In this document: positions 1 through 9,300 of the stretch, piece by piece
How the letters are laid out: every line of letters begins with the position of its first letter
How positions within the stretch are numbered: position 1 is the stretch's first letter
Source: Ostreococcus tauri
Lineage: Eukaryota
Assembly (NCBI GenBank): GCA_000214015.2
Contig: CAID01000006.2
Span: forward strand, 613,063 to 633,884
Direction of reading: 5' to 3'
Length of the DNA: 20,822 nt
Translations under genes and position numbers: made by a program
Notes under the pieces: model-generated
Database searches by the model: none
What the model was told of the DNA's origin: nothing
The model's input: the letters and a program-made list of their open reading frames with translations, nothing else

Positions 1-1
1 T

Positions 2-1300
2 GAAGCGCTGTTGGATGCTAACGCGATTGAGCGTGTCTCCGGAAATCGAGCAGGTGTCTTGGACTATGCGGTGACAACGTGTACCTTCCCGGTAGAGATC
101 CAGGCCGTGATTAGCTCGAAGGAGCTCATGAGACGGTTCGCCACAGGCGTCGGATTCGGTGTTTCGACGCTCGCGATCGACGGTACCTATAAGCTGAACA
201 AGGAGAAGCATGTCATTCTCGTGTGGGGCTCGCACAACTTCCACCAACAGTTTGCCCTGGGTGGTTTTGCGATCGTGCCGTCGGAATCGACCGAGCACTA
301 CGAGTGGACGTTTAATGCTATCTTCAAATATGCATCAAAGTATACCCCTACCGAGATGAACCGCCTGCTCCCCGACCACGACAAGCACGTGTGGCTGATG
401 GGCGATGGCGCCGCTAGCATCTCCGCAGGTGCACGAAACAGCTGCAAGAAGCACAAGAAAACATATAATCGCGGAGTCTGCTGGTTTCATGTTATGAAAG
501 CAGTTCGAGATAATGCCGCAAAAGTGAGCGATCCAGGCAACTTCGCCGAAATCAAAGCCGACATATGTGGTCTCCATGGAATCCCGTACCCATGCGCTGA
601 GTTCAAGAAAACATGCGAGCGCATGTTTGTGGTCAAGTGGGAATCTCGACGCGAAAGCTGCTTCGCGGAGTATTTCAATGATACCTGGGCAGGGACAGGC
701 TACTCGTTCTGCGACTCGTTACCGGGGTTAGTCACGAGTAACAACTGCGTCGAGAATTTCAATCGCCAAGTCAAGGACGAGTTCGCTCGAAAGATTCCTC
801 ATCTCCACGAGACGATCGCTCACCTTGCGAAGATCACTGAGCGAGAGCTCATCGATCGCATGCCGAATTGGGATACGACATATCCCACAATGAACCCAGC
901 CGACTGGGATGCCACAGACGTGTTCATGCGGGAACACGTGAATAAGCATCCAGAACGCATCCCCATCGACTCACAGCTCACCTTGTACGTGCGCGCTGAT
1001 GTCATGCTTCACACAAAGAGGCTCTCGCAAGAACTATGTCCCGCGGGGAGCGATGCTGAACGCGCCGTCGTGCGCACCCAACTCCTTCACGAAGCAGCGA
1101 CGAAGTTCGCCACTTTCTATCGAGACAGCATGCTCGGCGGCGTACTCGAGCCGGGCACCGACTTCGACACCGCCATGCGGCAATCGACTCTGTTCTACGC
1201 CGTGACCCCGCTACCGAACGCAGAGTCAAACGCATACGTCAAGTTTTCGTGCACCTGCGTCGGGGACAAGAATAATCGAGGCTATCAGTACGCGGACTAA
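2..1300 (+). CDS. MULE (Mutator-like/FAR1-type) DDE transposase. The 5' end is cut by the window edge: the frame is open from base 2, and the track's M at 11 is a TTG.
   Basis: The translation carries the MULE-domain pattern: LAIDGTYKLNK...ILVWG...FALGGFAIVPSESTEHYEWTF...WLMGDGAASISAG...GVCWFHVMKAV (D..TY / E..W / D...C.FH). The C-terminal KFSCTCVG resembles the C-x-C first half of a SWIM finger. By eye, GC3 is about 60%, against about 80% in the neighbouring host genes. Confidence 0.8.
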   Translation, partial: EALLDANAIERVSGNRAGVLDYAVTTCTFPVEIQAVISSKELMRRFATGVGFGVSTLAIDGTYKLNKEKHVILVWGSHNFHQQFALGGFAIVPSESTEHYEWTFNAIFKYASKYTPTEMNRLLPDHDKHVWLMGDGAASISAGARNSCKKHKKTYNRGVCWFHVMKAVRDNAAKVSDPGNFAEIKADICGLHGIPYPCAEFKKTCERMFVVKWESRRESCFAEYFNDTWAGTGYSFCDSLPGLVTSNNCVENFNRQVKDEFARKIPHLHETIAHLAKITERELIDRMPNWDTTYPTMNPADWDATDVFMREHVNKHPERIPIDSQLTLYVRADVMLHTKRLSQELCPAGSDAERAVVRTQLLHEAATKFATFYRDSMLGGVLEPGTDFDTAMRQSTLFYAVTPLPNAESNAYVKFSCTCVGDKNNRGYQYAD

Positions 1301-1770
1301 CAGTAACGTTCATAACTAAAGTTATCGGCGAGTTATCGAAAAAATGGGGGTAACAGTACCAAAATTAGCATAAAGTTATTGAAATCACGCGATTTTGACG
1401 TTAACTTCGGGGAAAGTTATCGTCAAAATTAAGGTTTGTCAATAACTTTTGACGAGTCAGCTCTTGAGTCAATGAGGAGGGGGTCAAAGTTATGGGAAAG
1501 TTATCGAAATTAACTGTTACCCCCTTGACGATAACCCGCGTAATTTGCCCAAATGTCCGTTCATTTTAATCACACAAAGTCCGACGCGATGGTTCACGAC
1601 TCGTGAGCGCGACGAAGTTATCGAAAAGTTATGAAAATGAGCTGTTAGTCGTTTGCGCATAACTCGGGGTATAAAGTTATCAGAACCCGTTACTGTTAGT
1701 CCCAACGAACATAACTCTGTCATTAAGTCCGAGTTATGGTCAAAGTTATCAACGGGACTGTTAGTCGGCC
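1294..1770. repeat. Dense array of short motifs (consensus AAAGTTATCGAAA, plus CTGTTAGTC) with nested perfect inverted repeats.
   Basis: AGTTAT starts at 1320, 1331, 1374, 1415, 1488, 1499, 1616, 1627, 1675, 1732 and 1744. Its complement ATAACT starts at 1312, 1442, 1659 and 1711. CTGTTAGTC starts at 1642, 1693 and 1758, and its complement GACTAACAG at 1295. There is a 14-bp perfect IR, GGACTAACAGTAAC (1294-1307) / GTTACTGTTAGTCC (1689-1702), and a 12-bp perfect IR, GGGGGTAACAGT (1346-1357) / ACTGTTACCCCC (1513-1524). Confidence 0.85.
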
Positions 1771-2279
1771 TAACCTCCGTTTAAATTAATTCTGACTATA
1801 TACGTGCCGTACGTCCGAGTTTGTGCATCACGTATTATCATAGACGAGTCGCTGATTATTACATCGAGCCACAGTTCTTGTCGAGTCCGTTCTCCACCCG
1901 CACTGGTACATGTGGATCGGTCGCCGTCGCGATCGGACTTCTCGGAGGTAAAGATGCCGACGACGATGCCTTTAACAATCTCGAGCGCATTAGCGCCGCC
2001 TTACGTAGGTCGTGAAGCGGTGATGGATCGGATGGTGACGACGGCGGTAAGCTTCCATGGAACAGCTCCGACGCGCCGCCGCCATTCACGCCGTTCGCTT
2101 TCCCGTAGTTAAACATCATGGCGCTCTCCCCAGTCGGTGATTTGGCAATACAGGCGCCGCCACCACCGCTGCCGCCGCCACTACCGCCCGATACCAGGAG
2201 ACCGCGGAGTCATCGCTCAATGTGTGACGTATATACGCCGTACCTCGTTCTATACGTACCGTGTGTCTTCATGGGCTAC

Positions 2280-2283
2280 AAAA
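2280..2283 (-). terminator. Candidate Pol III T4 terminator for tRNA-Leu.
   Basis: AAAA on the plus strand is TTTT on the tRNA strand. It starts 17 nt downstream of the tRNA 3' end. Confidence 0.35.
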
Positions 2284-2299
2284 GGCGGATATACGCCGC

Positions 2300-2379
2300 T
2301 GACGGAGACGGGATTTGAACCCGCGCTCTTTCGAACAGGAGCCTTAATCCTGCGCCTTAGACCGCTCGGCCACTCCGTC
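2300..2379 (-). tRNA. tRNA-Leu(AAG): tRNA-Leu, anticodon AAG, class II with a long variable arm and no intron.
   Basis: The reverse complement reads GACGGAGTGGCCGAGCGGTCTAAGGCGCAGGATTAAGGCTCCTGTTCGAAAGAGCGCGGGTTCAAATCCCGTCTCCGTCA. It has a 7-bp acceptor stem (GACGGAG/CTCCGTC), an anticodon stem CAGGA/TCCTG with loop TTAAGGC, an A box TGGCCGAGCGG, a B box GGTTCAAATCC, discriminator A and no encoded CCA. From memory, it is very similar to eukaryotic cytosolic tRNA-Leu-AAG. Confidence 0.9.
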
Positions 2380-3059
2380 GTCGTTGATGACGCGTTTTCG
2401 CATCACAATACGTACCGTCGTGCCCCGCTTTCCACCACTCCATCCCGACCGCATTCTCTCGTGAAACCTTACGGCTCTTTTTTTCCACCCGATGTCTCAC
2501 ATCCACGAGTCACCACCCACGAGTAATCCCACGTGGTATCTCACGACGCCACCACACCACGCCGAAGATTCGCCCGATCTCCCGCGCGCCCCCGCCACGT
2601 GGCCCGCGATCGCGCCGTCGACGAGTCCGCACTCAGCACCCACCCCCTCGCGCGATCGTCTCGCGCCGAAAAGTGCCTTTGCGTCCGCGTCGACATCCCC
2701 CGATCGACGATCGCGTCGACGCGACGCGCGCGACCGTGCGCGGGCGAACGAGCGATCGGTGAACACATCTCGCGCGGCATCACACGACGTGCGTGCTCGA
2801 CGGCGACGCGCGGACGGGCGACGCGGGCGGACGACGACGCGACGGGACGACGCGACGCGACGCGACGCGACACGAAACGCGCGCGAATCGGTGGATTGGG
2901 GAATCGGCGCGCGACGGGTCGACTGACGACGGTGACGAGGATTCGCGCCGACGCAGACGCGCGCGGACTTTTGGCTCGACGCACGCGCGCGCAAAGGACG
3001 GACGCGCGGACGGGTGGCGACGGAACGCGGACGGTGCGTTTGAAAAGGCGGGAAACAAG

Positions 3060-6050
3060 ATGACGAAGGAGTTGACCTCGGAGGAGATTCGACGCGCGAG
3101 AGATGACGTTGAATCGGGGGATTTGATGCGGATCGCGCCCGTGACGACGGATGTGGAAACGATCACGGCGTTGTTGAACGCGTGCTCGGATAAAAAGAGC
3201 GATGAGGTGCGAGCGTCGGCTTCGGAGACGTTGAAATCGATCGCCGCCAAGGCGGATGAATTCATCGTCGGCGTCGCCGTCGTTCCGGCCGCTTTGTCCG
3301 CCCTGGATCCGAAGAACCGGTTTCAAACGCAAGTTGCGGGAGCGAATCTCCTCACCGATCTCTCGACTTCATCCCCGCACGCGATCGCGGCCAATCTCAC
3401 CGCGATCCTTCCGGTGGTCACCTCAATGGTGAACGACGCCAAGCAAGAAGTCGCGGACGCCGCGCGCGCATCCCTGACTGCCATCGCCCAAACGATCGAC
3501 AACAAGGACGTCGAACCGTTCATTCCGGCCATGGTCGAAGCCACGATCGATCACGAAAAGACGGATGAGTGCGTGCAAAAGCTCGCGTCGACGACGTTCG
3601 TGCAAACCATCACGGCGGCGCCTCTGGCGTTGATTTCGCCCATCCTCTTGCTCGGCTTCCGCGCCAGAACGACCGCCACCAAACGCCTGTCCGCGGTGAT
3701 CGTGAACAACATGTCCAAGCTCGTCGAGGACCCAGAAGACGCGGCGCCGTTCTTGCCCAACCTCTTGCCCGCCGTGGCCAAGGCGTCCGAGCAAGTTTCC
3801 GACCCCGAAGCCAGAGCCGTGTGCGGAAACGCGTGCGAGCAACTGCAATCCATCGAGGCCAAGCTGAAGGATGCGAACTTCAAGTCTCAAAAAGGGGTTT
3901 TCGCCGATATCCAGACTTTGACGGACAAGCACATCGCCAAGTACTTCTCGGATGCGTCCCTCTCCACGTACTTCGCCACCATGGTCACCGCCATGGTGGA
4001 CGCGAAGATTTCGGATTTTGAATTCGAGGATGCGCTTCGATCGTTCGGTAAAGACGCCGTGAAGGATATTCGCGCGTTGTACGGTGAACTCGAAAAGATG
4101 TACTTTGGCGCCGAGGAGGAAGAGGACGACGACGATAACGCGGACGTGCTCGCCGACTGCCAATTTACCCTCGCGTACGGCTCCAAGGTTTTGTTGCACA
4201 ACACCAAGCTCAAGCTCAAGCGCGGTCACAAGTACGCGTTGCTCGGCGGGAACGATAGTGGGAAGACTTCGCTCATGCGCGCGATCGCGAACGAGCAAGT
4301 CGAGGGCTTCCCGCCCGCGAGCGAGCTTCGCACGGTTTTCGTCGAGGCGGACATCATCGGCGAGCTCTCCGATTTGCCGTGTGTCGACTACATCTTGGCG
4401 GATCCACGCATCAAGGCGGCCGGCATCTCCGAACAGACGGTTGAAAAGATGCTCTTAAACGTCGGTTTCGGTGAGATGCAAAACGGAGCGAGAAACCTCG
4501 TGACTTTCTTGTCTGGCGGGTGGCGCATGAAGCTCGCGCTCGCGCGTGCGATGTGCTTAAACGCCGACATCCTACTCATGGACGAGCCGACGAATCACTT
4601 GGACGTGATGAACGTAAAGTGGGTCGAGGAGTACTTGAAATCCCTCACCGACGTCACGTGCGTCCTGGTCTCGCACGACACCGGTTTCGTCGACCGCGTG
4701 TGCAACAACATCATCAGCATTGAAAACTTAAAGCTCAAGCAGTTCCGAGGCAACTTGTCCGAGTTCGTCGAGAAAAACCCGAAGGCGAAGTCGTTTTTCG
4801 AGCTCAAGAGCTCGAGTGGATTCGTCATGCGATTCCCGCAACCGGGATTCATCGAGGGCGTCAAGTCCAAGGGTAAGCCGCTCATGAAGATGGCCAACTG
4901 CACGTATACGTATCCGGTGAACGATGCGCCGACGGTGAAGGATGTCACGGTGCAAGTCTCCCTCGCATCGCGCGTCGCGTGCGTCGGGCCGAACGGTGTC
5001 GGGAAGTCTACGATGATCAAGCTTCTCACAGGTGAGGTTGTTCCGCAAGAGGGTACGGTTTGGAAGCATCCAAACGCCCGAGTGGCGTACGTCGCCCAGC
5101 ACGCTTTCCACCACATTGAACAACACCTCGACAAGACGCCGAATGAATACATTCGCTGGCGTTACCAACACGGTGACGATAAGGAGGCCCTCGTCAAGGA
5201 CACGATGACACTCACCGAAGAGGAGAAGGCGCGATGCAAGGAGCCGGTGTTGATTGATTTCGGTAACGACGAAAAGGGCAACCCAATCAAGATCAAGATG
5301 CAAATCGAAAAGCTCACCGGCGGTCGCAAACAGGTGAAGAAGGAGTACGAGTACGAAGTTCAATTCGTCGGACGAGACTACAACTCGAACAAGTATATTC
5401 AAGCGAGCAAGCTCGATAAGTGGGGCTTTGGTAAGCACATGAAGATTGTCGACGAAAAAGTCGCCGCGCGCGCGGGCGCCATGCACACGCCCTTGACGAC
5501 GGCTAACGTGGAGAAATTCCTCGAAGATGTGGGTTTGGACAAGGAGTTCGGTACTCACACTCGCATGTCCGCGCTCTCGGGTGGTCAAAAGGTCAAGGTT
5601 GTCATCGCGGCTGCCATGTGGAACTGCCCCCACATTGTCATCCTCGACGAGCCGACAAACTACTTGGATCGCGACTCTCTCGGCGCGCTTGCGGGTGCAA
5701 TTCAAGTTTACGAAGGCGGCGTCGTCATGATTACGCACAACAACGAGTTCTGCTCCGCCTTGTGCCCGGAAACGTGGCTCATGGAGAAGGCTCAAGACGG
5801 TATCGCTCGATGCAACTGCAAGGGTGACGCCGAGTGGATGGCCAAGGCTTCTAAGATGGAAGTCACCGCGGCGGCGCAACTCGAAGAGTACACCGACGCC
5901 TTGGGCAACGTCGTGGAGGTTAAGAAGAAGGTCGATAAGGATAGCAAGGAGGCCAAGAAGAGAGCCAAGCTCAAGGCCAAGCGTCGCGCTCGCGGCGAGG
6001 TCGTGACTGACACCGAGGATGAGGAATGGGAAGGCTTCGGAGAAGAATAA
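3060..6050 (+). CDS. eEF3: Translation elongation factor 3 (eEF3), an ABC-F ATPase of 996 aa.
   Basis: 3060 is the first ATG in the ORF; the track's start at 2793 is a GTG. The N-terminus is HEAT-like (VDNKDVEPFIPAMV, KRLSAVIVNNMSKLVEDPEDAAPFLPNLLP). ABC1 has GGNDSGKTS, LSGGWRMKLALARA and ILLMDEPTNHLD. ABC2 has GPNGVGKST, LSGGQKVKVVIAAA and IVILDEPTNYLD, with an inserted domain (KKEYEYEVQFVGRD...). The C-terminal tail is Lys-rich. The protein is collinear with S. cerevisiae YEF3 as I recall it. Confidence 0.93.
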   Translation: MTKELTSEEIRRARDDVESGDLMRIAPVTTDVETITALLNACSDKKSDEVRASASETLKSIAAKADEFIVGVAVVPAALSALDPKNRFQTQVAGANLLTDLSTSSPHAIAANLTAILPVVTSMVNDAKQEVADAARASLTAIAQTIDNKDVEPFIPAMVEATIDHEKTDECVQKLASTTFVQTITAAPLALISPILLLGFRARTTATKRLSAVIVNNMSKLVEDPEDAAPFLPNLLPAVAKASEQVSDPEARAVCGNACEQLQSIEAKLKDANFKSQKGVFADIQTLTDKHIAKYFSDASLSTYFATMVTAMVDAKISDFEFEDALRSFGKDAVKDIRALYGELEKMYFGAEEEEDDDDNADVLADCQFTLAYGSKVLLHNTKLKLKRGHKYALLGGNDSGKTSLMRAIANEQVEGFPPASELRTVFVEADIIGELSDLPCVDYILADPRIKAAGISEQTVEKMLLNVGFGEMQNGARNLVTFLSGGWRMKLALARAMCLNADILLMDEPTNHLDVMNVKWVEEYLKSLTDVTCVLVSHDTGFVDRVCNNIISIENLKLKQFRGNLSEFVEKNPKAKSFFELKSSSGFVMRFPQPGFIEGVKSKGKPLMKMANCTYTYPVNDAPTVKDVTVQVSLASRVACVGPNGVGKSTMIKLLTGEVVPQEGTVWKHPNARVAYVAQHAFHHIEQHLDKTPNEYIRWRYQHGDDKEALVKDTMTLTEEEKARCKEPVLIDFGNDEKGNPIKIKMQIEKLTGGRKQVKKEYEYEVQFVGRDYNSNKYIQASKLDKWGFGKHMKIVDEKVAARAGAMHTPLTTANVEKFLEDVGLDKEFGTHTRMSALSGGQKVKVVIAAAMWNCPHIVILDEPTNYLDRDSLGALAGAIQVYEGGVVMITHNNEFCSALCPETWLMEKAQDGIARCNCKGDAEWMAKASKMEVTAAAQLEEYTDALGNVVEVKKKVDKDSKEAKKRAKLKAKRRARGEVVTDTEDEEWEGFGEE

Positions 6051-6310
6051 GCGCGCCGCACGCACTGTGGTAACTTTACTAACGACGAATCGTCCGCATC
6101 ACTCTTTATTACTAATCTCGCCCGCGATGCGATCGACCTCTATGAACTCACTCCGTCATTAAAATGGCGTCGACACAGTTGTAATGACTTCAAACTTAAC
6201 AAACGAGCTACTGAATTCGATTCTATGGCGCAACAATTGGCACGGTATATCGAAAGAGTGACTCACGAGAAATACTACGATTCGAGATAAGAAAGTGGCG
6301 CCCATCAGTC

Positions 6311-9300
6311 TTACTTGTTGAAAAAGGCGTACAGCGAAGCTTGGTGCTGTGGCTTGTTCGAGTTGGAGTCTCCTAGCGGCGCACGTTTCGGCGACGGCTG
6401 GTTCCCAGATGTCGGTGTCGTGGCTTTGCGCTTCTCTTGCCACATTCGCAAGACCTCCATGTCTCGCTTTAGCTTAGCCTCGGCGGCTGCCTTTCGTTGA
6501 GCCGCAAGTAGCTCCGCCTTGGACGGCCTTTTTGGCGGTCTGAGAAGTGCTTGAAGCAAACGCATGAGTCGCGTCTTGAGTCGGGTCGCCGCTGGCCATG
6601 CGACCGTCTCTCTGTACTCTCCGTCATCGTACACCCCCGTTCGAGACGCGAAACGAAGCTGTCGATCGTTTCTGATGAGGTCGAACTGTCGCTCTAATTC
6701 TTTAGAGTTACTCGGCGTGTAGCCGTAGCGCAAAGAACCGCGAAGGAGATCGGTGTCGTCTTCGGTCGTCCACCACTCCGCAGGCAACGACGCCTTGACA
6801 CCGAGAACGGGTACCGGAAACTGCGCCCTTTCTTTTGGAAGGGTCGTCTTTTGACGTGGTGGAGGCGCGGTGGGGCTGTCGAGGTCGATGGGTTCTTCAG
6901 CCTCAATCAGCTTGGCGAGCGCGGCACGTTGTTTCATGAGCTTGGCGCGTCTGGGCATCGCTCGCAAGAGCTTGGTCCAGAGGACTCGATTCGCAAGAGC
7001 CGTGGCGGCTCTCTCCGGGACAAGAATCGTCTCCATAGCTGCGAACACGGCCTGCTTGGTCTCCTCCGTGTCTTCACGATCGTCTTCCTTGTCGTCGTCC
7101 TCCTTGCCGTCGTCCTCCTTGTCATCGTCGTTTTGTTCTTGCTTGGACTCAGCGTTCGCCGCTGAGGACGAGGATACCTCATCGCGGACACGCACGATCG
7201 TGTCGAACATTTCCATGACAGTTTTCGCGACGGCTATCTTTTGCTCGTCTGGCTTGTCCACGTCAAGAGTGCCGCACGTGACGGCTCGAGAGACGTCTCC
7301 GTTCGGAGCGCCGAACGCAGAGAGTGCGTCGACGACGACCTCGACCTCCCACGTGAACCAATTGAGTTTAGCATCTTCACGTTGACGTGCGAGTTCTTCC
7401 TCTCGCTCGCGTCGTCGAGCTTCACGTTCTTCCTGTCTGAGTTTTTTGTCCTCCTCGCGAGCGCGTTTTGCAGCGGCTCTTCGCTCACTGTACGTCGTAC
7501 GCGTCCCCGTGCGAGGCGCCAGAGACGGTGTTTGGTTTTGGAACAAAGCGACACTTTCCTTGTAGTTCACCGTTTTACGCTTGCGCGGACCTTCAACCGC
7601 GAAACGTTTGTCGACGACTTGTTCCGCCGCCTTCTCCTTGGCCGCCTGAATCGCGGCGTCTCCGAAAGCTTCGGCCCAGAACGTCTCGTCATCGACGCCA
7701 TCGCCGGGTTCGGCGCCAAATGTCGCGACAGAAAATGAATTACCAACTCGAGGTCCCACGTCGCGATGCTCGGCGCGACGGGACAAGATTTCATCGATAT
7801 CTTCCGCAGCGAACGCGTTCGCTTCTTCTCCTGACGCATCCTTGAGCGCGCCGTGCACGCCGTACTTGAGCAACTCGTTAATGCGTTGCGCCTGCTCCTT
7901 TGCAGTTTTCTTCGACCGATGACCCTCTTCTTCTCCATTCTCATCGCCACCGCCGAGAATCGCCTCGTCCAAACCGTACTTGCGCGACGCAGTCTCGAAC
8001 AATGACTGCTCGTATGTGTCTTTGGTGACGAATCTGTACACCTTGACCTCTTTGGTTTGGCCAATTCGATGGCAGCGCGCCATCGCTTGGAGATCGTTCT
8101 GAGGGTTCCAATCGGAATCGAAGATAATCGCAGTATCCGCGGACGTGAGAGTAATCCCCATGCCGCCCGCTCGAGTAGAGAGCAAGTACGCGAATCCCGC
8201 GCCCGGCGTGTTGAATCGATCAATCCCAGCTTGACGGTCTTCTGCCGAGGTGGTACCATCCAAGCGCTCGCACTCGTACCCGGACGCGCTCATGAAGTCT
8301 TGCACGAGATCGAGAACCATGGTGAACTGCGAAAAGATTAGAACCTTATGCCCGTCGCGCTTCAGCTTTGCGAGGAGCTTTGCGAGCAGGCTCATCTTTC
8401 CGCTCCCTTCGACGAGGAGCTGTAGCGCTGAAGGAGGCGCGATACCGTTCTCCTCGCACGCGGCGAGACGTTTCTTCGTGTAATCCTCCTCGAGGCCCGC
8501 ACAAAGAAACGGATGATTGCACACCTTACGAAGCTCCATGGATAGATTTCGTAGCTGTGGCACACTTTTCACCTTGGATCCTTCCAAGAGGACGTGAATT
8601 TGGTTTTCATACAGCGCGCGATAATATCCACGCTGCTGCGGAGTAAGTTCGACCCACACGACGACCTCTTCCTTCGCAGGAATTTTTTCAACGTCTTCCT
8701 TCATGCGACGCAACATGCGAGGCTTGAGTAAATCTCTCAATCGCATCACTTGCGTCGCGTCGACCTCTCCCGATTCGTCGCAAAATTCGTCGCGGAAATC
8801 TTCCCATGAATGAAATTGTCGAGGATCAAGAATGTGGAGCATCCCGTACAGCTCTTTGATGTTATTCTGGATCGGAGTTCCCGTCAAGAGTAGGAGCCAG
8901 TCATACCGGAGCGATGTCACCGCGATGGTCGTCTGAGAGTTGACGTCCTTCATTTTGTGTGCTTCATCGACGACGCACATGGCAAAGGAAAAACGCTCCA
9001 AAAGCTCGATGTTCCTGCGAACGTTATCGAAACTCACGAGCATGACATCAAATTTCGGTTTGCGCGACCCCTGGACGAAGAACTCGTGCTCGATGCACAC
9101 TTCGCGATCGGCGGCAGATCCGTCGAAGACGATTACGTTCATGTCGGTCCACTTTTCAACTTCTCGCTTCCAGTGTCCGAGCGTCGTGAGCGGTGCGACG
9201 ACGCACATGGGCTGACGACGACGCATGAGATTCTTACGTACGTACTCCATCACCGAGATGCACTGCGCCGTCTTCCCTAGGCCCATCTCGTCGCCCAAGA

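Larger units (their letters stand above)
1..1800 (+). mobile_element. Partial Mutator-like DNA transposon: the 3' part of the transposase gene plus a repeat-dense AT-rich subterminal region. The right boundary is approximate and the left end lies outside the window.
   Basis: The transposase ORF is followed directly by a 1294-1770 block of short direct and inverted repeats. Base composition is lower in GC than the rest of the window. No terminal inverted repeat pair can be defined, because only one end is present. Confidence 0.55.

Noticed and set aside
1804-2318. Small ORFs between the transposon and the tRNA (1804-2112, 1821-2015, 1859-2119, 2118-2318). I also considered whether one supplies the missing C-x-H half of the SWIM finger via an intron.
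   Set aside because: There are no recognisable motifs. GC3 is only about 58-64% in every frame, and the ORFs overlap one another. I found no C-x-H in a frame that could be joined by a plausible GT-AG intron. ORF 2118-2318 overlaps the tRNA gene.
2529-2603. Two G-box palindromes (CCACGTGG at 2529-2536, GCCACGTGGC at 2594-2603) upstream of eEF3.
   Set aside because: CACGTG is expected about 6-7 times by chance in 20.8 kb at this composition (hand estimate). Two occurrences about 500 bp from the ATG are therefore not significant on their own.
2492-3332. A stack of overlapping ORFs on both strands upstream of eEF3 (2492-2926, 2533-3063, 2497-2994, 2541-3332, 2780-3265).
   Set aside because: All are mutually overlapping and extremely Arg/Ala/Ser/Asp-rich. 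None has a motif or a clear codon-position signal. This fits stop-poor GC-rich non-coding DNA.
3423-6065. Long minus-strand ORFs inside eEF3 (3423-4298, 291 aa; 4728-6065, 445 aa; 4595-5152, 185 aa).
   Set aside because: They are antisense to a confidently identified gene. Their translations are Arg/Leu/Val/His-rich with no motifs. This is the expected artefact of high GC3 suppressing stops on the opposite strand.
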